Shown here: positions 21,911 through 32,853 of the stretch, piece by piece
Layout: each line of letters starts with the position of its first letter
How positions within the stretch are numbered: the first letter of the stretch is position 1
NCBI RefSeq assembly: GCF_004010195.1
Contig: NC_057757.1
Coordinates: forward strand, 995,182-1,028,034
Source of the DNA: Chiloscyllium plagiosum
Taxonomy: Eukaryota
Direction of reading: 5' to 3'
Length of the DNA: 32,853 nucleotides
Notes under the pieces: model-generated
What the model saw: the letters and a program-made list of their open reading frames with translations, nothing else
What the model was told of the DNA's origin: nothing
The model's database searches: none
Program-made: the position numbers and the translations under genes

Positions 21911-23321
21911 TTCTCTCATTCCCTGGCGTGTTGGTGGAATGTGCAGAAAGCATGTTGCGGCTGAAAAGTGGGAGTCAACTTATACACCTGGTTGACTTCT
22001 CCACCACAAACTGCGGTAACTCCGAGATCTGTCACAGACGTGCTGTATCATGTCATAAATCGAGCTACAGTTGGGTAATGATTGAATGACCTGGTCAGAG
22101 AGACCGGAGAATCAATGAGCAATCATTGACAAGTGTCGCAACCCTGATAAGCTCCCAGGATGTTCATGCAAACGTTGCAAGACAGGTTCTCATCTGACTA
22201 GGATCCAGAGGGAGAAGTGATTTGAATTTCACACCTGTGCTCTCCACTCCTCCCCTCACAAATGTGCTCCCTCCCCACCCCTCTCTGCATCACCGACCTT
22301 CAGGTATGAATCTGGAGCCAGTATTGAACAGGGCTGTTTGACTTTGGGAGGCGTTGCCATAGCAGGCCAGGTGCTTTTAAGCTTTGCCAAGGGCTCTCGG
22401 AGCTCCGGACTGCTCAGCTGGTTCCCTTTAAAAGGAGCTGGCCGTGGAATCGGGCTCTCTCCATGTGTGGATAGGATGTTTCTGCTTGGAGGCAGCTCCC
22501 AGAGATGTCATTGGGGTCAGGATTTCTGCGATCCTTTGCGGATGGGGAAACTTCAAGGGAAGAGGGTGTGCTGCCCTGCGTCATGCTCCATAATCCTGGC
22601 TGCAGTAAAGTAGCGAGTTAATCCTTGACACTGACCGAGTTAACCAGCTGGTTAACCGTTTGCCCCTTGAGTGGGAGCAACACTTGAGGGGAGAGTAGGT
22701 TGTGGGCTCAAGAAAACGGAGTAAACCGCATCTGATAACCTTCAATACAGAGAGGGGTCAGTCGGCTCACTGGACCCAAATAAGTGATCAGTTCCAGCAA
22801 AGGGAAGGGCTGCGTTGGCTTTGAAAGTGAAAGTCTTAATACCATTTTAAAACAATTCTGAAAGTCTTTTTGCCAAGAATGGTTGGGCTTTGTTTGCTTG
22901 GGGATAAGGAGGTCCAGTGAGGCTTGGATTGGTCTCCTAGATGGCTGGTTTGCGATGCTACCAATGGCGTGGGTTCAATTCCCGCACCGGCTGAGGTTAT
23001 AATGGGAAGGCATGGTGGCTCAGTGGTTAGCACTGCTGCCTCACAGCACCAGGGACCTGGTCCGATTCCAGCCTCAGGCAACTGTCTGTGTGCAGTTTGC
23101 ACATTCTCCCCGTGTCTGTGTGGGTTTCCTCCAGTTGCTCCAGTTTCCTCCCACAGTCAGGGATGTGCAGGTTAGGGTGGATTGGCCGTGCTAAGTTGCC
23201 CCATAGTGTTCAGGCTAGATGGATTAGCCATGAGAAATGTAGGGTTACAGGGATAGGTTAAGGGGTAGGTCTGTGTGAGATGCTGTTAAAAGGGTCAGTG
23301 TCGACTTGATGGGCTGAATGG

Positions 23322-24097
23322 ATTAGAGTGCTGGAAAAGCACAGCAGTTCAGACAGCATCCCGAGGAGCTGGAATATCTGCCTTCCGCAAAGACCGTTCC
23401 CTCCATGACTACCTGATCAGGTCCACGCCCCCCAACAACACACCCTCCCTTCCTGGCACCGTCCCCTGCCACCGCAAGAATTGCAAAACCTGAGCCCACA
23501 CCTCCTCCCTCACCTCTATCCAAGGCCCTAAAGGAGCCTTCCACATCCATCAAAGTTTTACCTGCACATCCACCAATGTCATTTATTGTATCCGTTGCTC
23601 CCGATGCAGTCTCCTCTACATTGGGGAGACTGGGCGCCTCCGAGCAGAGCGCTTTAGGGAACATCTCCGGGACACCCGCACCAATCAGCCCCATTGCCCT
23701 GTGGCCCAACATTTCAACTCCCCCTCCCACTCTGCCGAGGACATGGAGGTCCTGGGCCTCCTTCACCGTCGCTCCTCCACCACCTGATGCCTGGAGGAAG
23801 AACGCCTCATCTTCCGCCTCGGAACACTTCAACCCCAGGGCATCAATGTGGACTTCACCAGTTTCCTCATTTCCCCTTCCCCCACCTCACCCCAGNNNNN
23901 NNNNNNNNNNNNNNNNNNNNNNNNNNNNNNNNNNNNNNNNNNNNNNNNNNNNNNNNNNCCTGTATTCCTGATGAAGGGCTTTTGCCTGAAACGTCGATTT
24001 TCCTGCTCCTCGGATGCTGCTTGAACTGCTGTGCTTTTCCAGCACCACTCTAACCCAGAATCTGGTTTCCAGCATCTGCAGTCATTGTTTTTACTAC
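23322..24097 (+). mobile_element. 5'-truncated Penelope-like retroelement with inverted partial pLTR
   Basis: Perfect 17-bp TSD CTTGATGGGCTGAATGG (23305-23321 and 24098-24114). Inverted terminus at 23322-23375. Hammerhead core at 23968-23995. Confidence 0.92.
23377..23895 (+). pseudogene. PLE GIY-YIG endonuclease remnant with Cys-rich linker (two in-frame stops)
   Basis: Hand translation: PCHRKNCKT*AH..FTCTSTNVIYCIRCSRCSLLYIGETGRLRAERFREH..PVAQHFN..LEEERLIFRLGTLQPQGIN. Confidence 0.9.
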
Positions 24098-24284
24098 CTT
24101 GATGGGCTGAATGGCTTGCTTCCACACTGTAGGGATTCTGTGATCATGAAGGACTCTCATCCTTGACCTCTCCCCTTGCCTGAGGTGAGGTGACCCTCAG
24201 GTTAAATCACCACTAATTCGCTCTCTCTCTAATGAGAGAGCAGCTTGTAGTTTGGAAAGACTGTGGTGATATACCTGGGTCTCT

Positions 24285-24695
24285 TAGGAGAGCCGAGAAG
24301 GTTAATGGGAGATTAAATTGGGTTGTTCAAAATCTTTGAGTGTTTTGATAGAATAAATGAACTGTTTCCAGAGGGCACCAGCGGAACTCAGATTGAAGAC
24401 TATCATAAACAGAGCCAGAGGGGGAACTGGGGGAGAATTCTTTGTTTAAAGCACAGTGGATCTCTATTTTAAAAAGAAACTTGCAACTTGAGTAGTGAAT
24501 AGAATCGTAATTTATGCACTGCAACAGCAAATGCCTTGGGACACACTGCCTGAAAGGGTAATGGTAGATTCAAAATGAAAGGGAATCAGGAATGGGAAAG
24601 GTTTGGGGGAAGGAATGGAGGGAGCAGGTGGTGAAATTAATTGGAGAGTTGTCATCAAGAATCAAATGGACCCTTTCTGTGTACTGTATCATTCT
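24285..24695 (+). mobile_element. Highly decayed CR1 3' fragment
   Basis: AGAAGGTTAATGGGAGATTAAAT..ACTGCCTGAAAGGG..AAATGGACCCTTTCTGTGTACTGTA, colinear with the CR1 C-terminus and 3' UTR. Confidence 0.55.
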
Positions 24696-25241
24696 GTTGG
24701 TCCTGTAGGAGCTGCTCTGCATCACTTGGACACCGATAAAGAAACATTTTTAGCCTGCGGTACAGATTAATCAAGTCCCTGAATGTGTGTTCCCCCATTT
24801 CCATTGATGATTTGGGGTTTGCTAATGTTTTGCCATTCGCTATTCCCCAGTCACAGCCCTGACAGCACTGAGACAGGAGAACGTGAGGCCAGCGAGTTTG
24901 GAAACAGCAGCATTGAATGACACCACAAAAGCAGAAAGAGCCACTCCACGCTTGTGGTTAGAGTGGATATTTGGAGATGGTCCCTTGGCAAGGTGACGGG
25001 ACTTGAAAGGAGTCAGCCCACAGTTCCTGTAAACAGCAGTTACACAGCCTGAGGCCAGAGATTGTGTAGAGCAGGTAAATCATTCCAAACGTGCACATGC
25101 TGAAATACAAGAGGGAATGGAGGATCACAGACACAGTCAGTAAGATTGGGCTTAGTGAGCTCAGGAATGAGGTGCTACACAGCAGCAGCATGTTCAGATA
25201 GCAAGTAGAGGAGGAAAATAATTAATGAATTTAGGAATGAT

Positions 25242-27387
25242 TCACTGGGGTCCTACACACACTGACTCTTACTGGGGTACAGTCCCACACATGCACTGAC
25301 TCACACTGGGGTACAGTCCCACCCACATACACTGACTCTCACTGGGGTACAATCCCATGCACATAGACACACTGACTCTCACTGGGGTACAGTCCCACAC
25401 ACGCACTGACTCTCACTGGGGTACAGTCCCACCCACATACATGACTCTCACTGGGGTACAATCCCATGCACATAGACACACTGACTCTCACTGGGGTACA
25501 GTCCCACACACACAGACACACACACTGACTCTCACTGGGGTACAGTCCCACACACGCACACTGACTGTCACTGGGGTACAGTCCCACCCACGCACACTGA
25601 CTGTCACTGGGGTACAGTCCCACCCACGCACACTGACTGTCACTGGGGTACAGTCCCACCCACGCACACTGACTGTCACTGGGGTACAGTCCCACCCACG
25701 CACACTGACTGTCACTGGGGTACAGTCCCACCCACGCACACTGACTGTCACTGGGGTACAGTCCCACCCACGCACACTGACTGTCACTGGGGTACAGTCC
25801 CACCCACGCACACTGACTGTCACTGGGGTACAGTCCCACCCACGCACACTGACTGTCACTGGGGTACAGTCCCACCCACGCACACTGACTGTCACTGGGG
25901 TACAGTCCCACCCACGCACACTGACTGTCACTGGGGTACAGTCCCACCCACGCACACTGACTGTCACTGGGGTACAGTCCCACCCACGCACACTGACTGT
26001 CACTGGGGTACAGTCCCACCCACGCACACTGACTGTCACTGGGGTACAGTCCCACCCACGCACACTGACTGTCACTGGGGTACAGTCCCACCCACGCACA
26101 CTGACTGTCACTGGGGTACAGTCCCACCCACGCACACTGACTGTCACTGGGGTACAGTCCCACCCACGCACACTGACTGTCACTGGGGTACAGTCCCACC
26201 CACGCACACTGACTGTCACTGGGGTACAGTCCCACCCACGCACACTGACTGTCACTGGGGTACAGTCCCACCCACGCACACTGACTGTCACTGGGGTACA
26301 GTCCCACCCACGCACACTGACTGTCACTGGGGTACAGTCCCACCCACGCACACTGACTGTCACTGGGGTACAGTCCCACCCACGCACACTGACTGTCACT
26401 GGGGTACAGTCCCACCCACGCACACTGACTGTCACTGGGGTACAGTCCCACCCACGCACACTGACTGTCACTGGGGTACAGTCCCACCCACGCACACTGA
26501 CTGTCACTGGGGTACAGTCCCACCCACGCACACTGACTGTCACTGGGGTACAGTCCCACCCACGCACACTGACTGTCACTGGGGTACAGTCCCACCCACG
26601 CACACTGACTGTCACTGGGGTACAGTCCCACCCACGCACACTGACTGTCACTGGGGTACAGTCCCACCCACGCACACTGACTGTCACTGGGGTACAGTCC
26701 CACCCACGCACACTGACTGTCACTGGGGTACAGTCCCACCCACGCACACTGACTGTCACTGGGGTACAGTCCCACCCACGCACACTGACTGTCACTGGGG
26801 TACAGTCCCACCCACGCACACTGACTGTCACTGGGGTACAGTCCCACCCACGCACACTGACTGTCACTGGGGTACAGTCCCACCCACGCACACTGACTGT
26901 CACTGGGGTACAGTCCCACCCACGCACACTGACTGTCACTGGGGTACAGTCCCACCCACGCACACTGACTGTCACTGGGGTACAGTCCCACCCACGCACA
27001 CTGACTGTCACTGGGGTACAGTCCCACCCACGCACACTGACTGTCACTGGGGTACAGTCCCACCCACGCACACTGACTGTCACTGGGGTACAGTCCCACC
27101 CACGCACACTGACTGTCACTGGGGTACAGTCCCACCCACGCACACTGACTGTCACTGGGGTACAGTCCCACCCACGCACACTGACTGTCACTGGGGTACA
27201 ATCAGGGTGCAGTCCCCCACACACACTGACTCTCATCAGGGTGCAGTCCCCCACACACACTGACTCTCATCAGGGTGCAGTTCCCCCATACACACTGACT
27301 CTCATCAGGGTGCAGTCCCCCACACACACTGACTCACACTGGGGTGCAGTCCCACACATACACACTGACTCTCACTGGGGTACAGTC
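25242..27387. repeat. 36-bp minisatellite with 45 identical core copies (25557-27176)
   Basis: Unit CACACTGACTGTCACTGGGGTACAGTCCCACCCACG (1620 bp / 36 = 45), with diverged flanking units. Confidence 0.98.
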
Positions 27388-28429
27388 TGTCCATGCTGAA
27401 GAGGATAATGTGGTTGTTTTTATGCTGTGAGAATTCTTATGCCAGCAGCAACTGGTCGATGCTTCCTCTGAAGAATATGCCTGACCTTCTCAGCTGCAAA
27501 GTGTTGTTTGTCTGGAGTGTGGGATGAGGCATTGCTGCTGGTTTGCCTGATGTTTATGCTCAGTTTCCCGGGACCAAGCTAGCTGACCTGAATGATAAGG
27601 AAACAAAATGCTCATCATCTCCTTTCCTGATTTGGGATCTTGCTGTGCACATGTTGGCCGCTCCATTTCCCACAACATGGCTGCGGCTGCATTGAATGTG
27701 AAGTGATTTGGAAAGTCCCAAGCTGCCGAAGTGAGCAGGTTATAATTCCCAGAGGTCCTTGCTGGTTTGGTGATCAGACCTGGGGTCAGGTGAGAGGCTG
27801 GGATGTGTCGCTTTCTCTGGCCCTCGGTGCCGTTGTCCAGAATTCCCTGCCCTACCTCTGGCAACTGCTTGCAGTGACTCCTGCGTAATGCAGTCCAACA
27901 GGTCTGTCGACTCTTTTATGTAAATAAGGCCCTTGTGCATTTACTCCTCCCTCATCACGTAGCTCAGTCACCACTGACGACCTGTAGAAGGTACCGGAAA
28001 TCTGCCACCTGTCTGGCAGTGGCTGGGTGAGTGATGGGACAGTATATGTCTGTGAGCAAACACTGGTCCTTGTTTCGATTTCACTGCACCAGGGTGCCTG
28101 TTCCAAAATGCTCTTTGTCTTTGCCACTCTGTGAATCTCCACTTTACAATTTGGGAGGCTGTGTTTCCCTCTGCTGTGTTTCCCTCTGCTGTTTCTTGAG
28201 GTGCAGTTTAATAAGTGGCTGTTGAACAGGGAGAGAATTGTTTTCTATTTTTGATTAATCTCTGCTTAGTGTGACTCGCCGAATTGGGTCAGGTCACTGC
28301 ATTATTGTTACTGAGCACAGACAGGTTCAAGTACAGGTGTGAGGCGAGATGGGACCTTGGTAACGGGTTGTTTAAGGGCTTTACACACTTAATCTCTCAA
28401 TAATCCTGCAGGCAGTGAGTGAATGACTT

Positions 28430-28800
28430 GTAATAGGAACAGGAGGAGCCTATTCAATCCCTCAAACTCTTACTATCCCATGAGATCAAGAGGAATCTGC
28501 AGCCTAACTCCATTGACATCTTTGTCCCACATTTCTTAATACTTTTGATTAACAATCCATGTCAGATTTATCGTTCTAAAGTCAATTGCCATTTATGAGA
28601 AAAAAGTCTCAATTTCTGCCACCGTTTGTCTATAAAATGATCTGACTATCATTTTTAGATTCCCCATCCCTCAATTCCAGACGCAAACCAGTGGAAATAG
28701 TTTCTGTCAGTCCTTTTTGTTCCCCTGAACATTTTAAATTTCAATCAAATCTCTGAAAACAATCTAAATTCTGGGATTTCAACTCGAGTTTGTGCAAACT
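28430..28800 (-). mobile_element. Decayed CR1 3' fragment
   Basis: ATAGGAACAGGAGGAGCCTATTCAATCCCTCAA..ACCAGTGGAAATAGTTTC, colinear with 1341-1810. Confidence 0.55.
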
Positions 28801-29379
28801 GTCTTTGAAGCAATCCTTAAAGCAGGATTGCGTTGGGGGTCAGAAGTAATCTGGTGACATCAGCAGTTCAACTGATGCTCAACTATGGGCTTCCTGAATC
28901 TTCCAATTGTCACAAAATGTTGTCTCACTCAAAATAAGTAGAGCGCACACCTGTGAGGAGACAGTGTAGACAAAATTGTACCCAGTGCACAGCACAGAGG
29001 CCATTCAGTCCCTCTTCTGACTCATTGGAAGGGCTATCAGCGAGTCCCGCCTCATGCCCCTCCCCTTTTACCTAGTGTGTCTGTCTGTATGTGTGTGTGT
29101 GAGAGACATCCTTCAGTAACCATTCTGATGATCTTAGAGCTCTGTGAAGGTTGTTTCATACGTCAGATGTAACTTGAGAATTTTTTCTTAACTTGAAAGG
29201 CAGAGGATTGGAAAGGGGGAGTTTGCTATAGCAGGAAGTGGCAGCATTTACTGAGTGGGAGAAAGTGGTTTATACTGCAAAACAGGTGCCTTTTCAAAAT
29301 TATATTTTTAGTCGCTCTGACTGTTGGTACTGAGATTTCCTCTTTCAAGCTCTCCATGTCTATCTCCCACCCTTCAATC

Positions 29380-29900
29380 CCCTTGTCTAAAGCCCCAGGT
29401 TCTCCTTTTACCCTAGACCACTTGCTTGCCTTCTGTTTCTCTGTCTCGCTCTTTACTGTCCACCTCTTCTTTCTCTTTCTCTGTTTATCTGTCTGTTCCC
29501 TTTTCCCCACTTCCTTGATTTCCAGTCCCCAAGCCTCTGTTTCCCCCTCCTCACCCCAATTCTCTCTGCCTCCCGTCCTCTGTGTCTCCCCTTCTCTGCA
29601 CTCTGTCCTGCACCTATTCCCCTTCCCCTCTGCGCTCTGCTCTCTGTCTCCTTTCCCCCTTCTCTCATGCGTCTCTTCCTTCCCTACCCCTTTTCTTTCC
29701 AAATGTCTGTATCCATGTCTTCCTCCCCTTTCTCTGTCTACCAACCCACTCCTTTCTCACATGAATCAAATTAACCAGAGAAGCAGTGACGCTGTTTCAT
29801 GTGACATTCTCCCCAGAAATAGTCCAGAAACTCATCACAAATCTCACTCCTTCCTCTCATCTGAATCCCCTTCCTCTTCTCTCTCTCTCATCTGACCTAT
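29380..29900. repeat. Pyrimidine-rich (C/T) low-complexity tract
   Basis: Strong C/T bias on the + strand, giving spurious S/P/L-rich and E/R/G-rich ORFs. Confidence 0.8.
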
Positions 29901-30875
29901 CCCACATCAGTAACGTTTTTACTAGGTTCCAACTTTGCATTTCTGAAGTTTACAGCTTTGGTCTTTTTAGCTGCTAAAGTTAGCGATTCTTTACTTCTCT
30001 TTGTGTGGCTGACTTCAAGACCGTTTCAGTTGAGCTGTCCATCTGCAGCACGTGGTCCAGAGGTGGCCCTGCCCTTCTCTGAACTGAGCTGTGAGAAACC
30101 GATCAGGCAGGTGGGTGACTGGGATGTTGGGGTGGGGGAATGGGATACCAGTGGAAGAGCAGAATAAGCTGGGACTGAGATGCAAAAGCAGCTTCAGACA
30201 GATGCAGTCACAAATGGCTGGCACTCCCCTTCAAACTGGGACTGTGGGAGGGTTCTTGACTGAGTGTTTTAATGTGCCTCACAAGCAAAATATTAGTTAT
30301 ATTAACCTGTAAGGAGGTGGAGAAGCCTGCAGAAACGAAGGTTACAGCATGGAAGGTTAAGAGGGGTTTTAATAGAGGTGTTTGAAATTATGGAAGGTTT
30401 TGCTAAAATAGTTAAGGTAAACTATGTTTCCATTGCCAGAAGGATAGGTTCTTAAAGGGTCAATAAAATGTGAGGTGATTTATTTTAGCAGGAAGAACAT
30501 TAAAAAGCCAATATAAAATTGGGGGTACAATTCTAAAGGGGTGCAGGAGCTGAGAATAGAGGTGCACAGAGTAATGAAGGTGACAGGACAGGGAGACAGC
30601 AGTAACTGAAACATACAGTACTTTCGGTTTTGTTAATAGATGAAGGAGCAGGGAGATTATGTCAAACTTGAACTTGTATAAGACACTTGTTAGACCTTAG
30701 CAGTAAGAGTGTGTGCAGTTGTAGAAAGGATTTTAATGCATTGAAGCGAGTGTAAAACCGATTTCCAAGAATGGTCCAGGGGTGAGGAATTCCTGTTATG
30801 TAAATAGATTACAGAGGTTGGGAGTGTTCTCCTGAGAGGAGGTCCGATAGAAGTGGCTCTATCGGTAGAGCCACT

Positions 30876-31180
30876 GGGTGGCACGGTGGCTCAGTGGTTA
30901 GCACTGCTGCCTCACGGCACCAGGGTCCCGGGTTCGATTCCAGCTTTGGCTGACGGTCTGTGTGGAGTTTGCACATTCTCCCCGTTTCCTCCGGGTGCAC
31001 CAGTTTCCTCCCACAGTCAGGTGAATTGGCCATGCTATATTGCCCATAGTGTTAGGTGCATTAGTCAGAGGGGAATGGGTCTGGGTGGGTTACTCATCAG
31101 AGGGTCGGTGTGGACTGGTTGGGCCAAAGGGCCTGTTTCCACACTGTAGAGAATCTAATCGAATCGAATCTAATTTAATC
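30876..31180 (+). mobile_element. HE1-type SINE
   Basis: GGGTGGCACGGTGGCTCAGTGGTTAGC head, GGTTCGATTCC B box, (AATCT/AATCG)n tail. Confidence 0.92.
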
Positions 31181-31228
31181 AGGTTTTCAGAATCATGAGG
31201 GGGCTGAATGGAGCAGCTCAGGAGAAAC

Positions 31229-31565
31229 TGTTCCTGTTCAGAAAAGGAACAAGATGATCTGGGAAAGAAATAAGAGTGAAGTGAGGAAAAACTTGTTCAC
31301 CCAGCGAGTTATGGTCTGGAGTGCACTGCCTGGAAATATGGTGGGGTCAGATTCAATTGAGGCTTTTGAGAGGGGTATTGGATGGGTATTTAGATTGTTC
31401 CTGTTCAGAAAAGGAACAAGATGATCTGGGAAAGAAATAAGAGTGAAGTGAGGAAAAACTTGTTCACCCAGCGAGTTGTTATGGTCTGGAGTGCACTGCC
31501 TTGAAATATGGTGGGGTCAGATTCAATTGAGGCTTTTGAGAGGGGTATTGGATGGGTATTTGGAT
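31229..31565. repeat. Tandem duplication, 167 bp + 170 bp
   Basis: 31229-31395 and 31396-31565 differ by a 3-bp indel and about two substitutions. Confidence 0.9.
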
Positions 31566-32585
31566 GGATAAAAAGTGTACAAGGGTAGGGGTGACAAGCA
31601 GGAGACTGGCATCAAGTAACCGTGTTCGTTGAATGAGCCGACTCAGGCGGGTTGAGCTGAATGACTTCTTCCTACACGAGAACAATTCGGAGAGAGGGCG
31701 AGATATAAGATGATTAGCGAAAGAACCAGGATTGGAGGATGGGGGTGGGGGGGGGGGGAGAAGGGATGTGGAAAGTGACATTGAAGGATGGCCTCTTGTC
31801 TTTGTGGTGTTGCTGAAAGGGTTATGAAGGGATTGTCAATCTCTAAGTGCCCAGGAAGGAAGGCTTCTTGGCGGGCTGCCACATGGTCTGGGTCAGGGCC
31901 AAGTGTACATCTTACAGTTTGCTGCCTATCTGGTCAGCAACTTGACATACTGTTCCGTCAGTGAAGCAGATTATCTGCCTGCCAGTGTCTGGGTCTCCCG
32001 AATGAGGAGCTCTGCTCCCACGGAGGGGGGTGGTGGCTGGCAGGAATACCCATAGCACGGGGAGGTATGGGAAAGGCAGGGTTCTGAGTGCCGGCGTATA
32101 TCCATGTTGGTTGGTGAGTCCCATAGCAGGGGAGGTGGGGGGATGCTGATGTGAATGGGGAATACACCTAGGCATACAAGCCACCTTCCCGCCCCCTCCC
32201 CCCAACATCCCTGGCCACCTAAAAGCCTCCTGGAAGGTCCCCAGTTGCCACCTGCTGTGCTCCTGAGGCAATGTTTTGACCACAGGCAGAGTTTGTAGCC
32301 ACCTGCTCCTTTGCCCGGTTCCCTCCTGTGCTAGCGCAGAGTGGGGAGGGGTGGGGAGGAGGGGGGTGGGGGGGACCTGTTCCTCAGGCAGGAAACACTC
32401 CAATGACAGTCAGAGCAGGGTGTTCATAGTGTGGGCCTGTCCTTTTTTGGTGTTGTTTTAGGGTCAGGATTGCCAACGTTTCTACAACTGTTTCAGACTT
32501 AAGATGTCACTGTCTCACACCAGCTCCTCTTCCCTGCCCCCTACCCCACCCCTGTTCTATCTGAAACAGGTGAAAGGTCGCTGGC

Positions 32586-32790
32586 ATGGCGATCCGGATT
32601 CCGGATGAGGTTCCTGATGGTGGTTGGGGTTGGGTGATTGTTCTGTCAGCATTCCTAATGTCGGCTCTGGTGTTTGGTGTCATCCGGTCCTTTGGTGTGT
32701 TCTTTGTGGCGTTTGTGGAGTACTTCTCCGAGGCTTCGAGCACTGTGTCGTGGATCACATCAACCGCTATCGCCATTCAGCAGTTTTCCA
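32586..32790 (+). CDS. slc16a13: Monocarboxylate transporter 13-like (SLC16 family), first coding exon (partial gene)
   Basis: Reads [62 protein letters not shown]. Has the SLC16 signature PDGGWGW, and [15 protein letters not shown] / QQF match recalled SLC16A13. Acceptor AG at 32568-32569 follows a pyrimidine tract; the phase-1 donor is GTGAGT at 32791. Confidence 0.85.
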
Positions 32791-32853
32791 GTGAGTAGCC
32801 ACACTGGTGTGGGTGGGGTGGGGGGGGGGGGGGGGGGGGGGGAGGCGGCAACA

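Larger units (their letters stand above)
23004..24144 (+). mobile_element. HE1-type SINE interrupted by a Penelope element
   Basis: Head at 23004, body to 23321, tail resumes at 24098-24144. Confidence 0.9.
22915..24272 (+). mobile_element. Older tRNA-derived SINE split by nested insertions (pieces 22915-23003 and 24145-24272)
   Basis: B box GGTTCAATTCC at 22972-22982. Apparent continuation GCCTGAGGTGAGGTGACCCTCAGGTTAAA..CTCTCTCTAATGAGAGAG after the HE1 tail. Confidence 0.5.
30330..31680 (+). mobile_element. Decayed CR1 3' fragments with SINE insertion and internal tandem duplication
   Basis: Colinear decayed CR1 C-terminal sequence (TATAAGACACTTGTTAGACC; TTCACCCAGCGAGTT..TGGAGTGCACTGCC) and 3' UTR. 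Confidence 0.65.

Noticed and set aside
23323..23971. ORF-track proteins of 169, 131 and 119 aa
   Set aside because: They are shadow frames of the stop-interrupted GIY-YIG frame.
25242..27387. CRISPR-like 36-bp periodicity
   Set aside because: The units are contiguous and identical, with no unique spacers and no cas genes, in a vertebrate context.
25339..27399. Three long ORFs (590-680 aa)
   Set aside because: They are translations of a stop-free 36-bp minisatellite, open on both strands, with no domain or splice context.
29226..29895. 172-aa and 179-aa ORFs
   Set aside because: They arise from a low-complexity C/T tract.
32507..32776. Minus-strand 89-aa ORF
   Set aside because: It is the antisense shadow of the SLC16 exon.

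Overview
Eukaryotic (vertebrate) genomic DNA with assembly gaps. The repeat content (HE1-type tRNA-SINEs sharing a 3' tail with CR1/HER1 LINEs, Penelope-like termini, GT-rich minisatellites) points to a shark, probably a bamboo or carpet shark (inference). Most of the window is nested retroelement debris: many CR1 fragments, six HE1-type SINEs, a probable Tx1/L1 C-terminal remnant, one Penelope-like element with a GIY-YIG endonuclease remnant, and about ten short Penelope-terminus derivatives. Most of these carry minimal hammerhead-ribozyme cores (CUGANGA-A-stem-GAAA-N-N-UH); several are palindromic or flanked by 12-17 bp target-site duplications (TSDs). There are three minisatellite families, including 45 identical 36-mers and a CpG-rich 53-bp array with internal hairpins. 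The only host coding sequence seen is the first coding exon of a monocarboxylate transporter, best matching SLC16A13/MCT13, at 32586-32790 (+). No CRISPR, rRNA or genuine tRNA genes were seen. Repeat family names come from recall, not from a database search.
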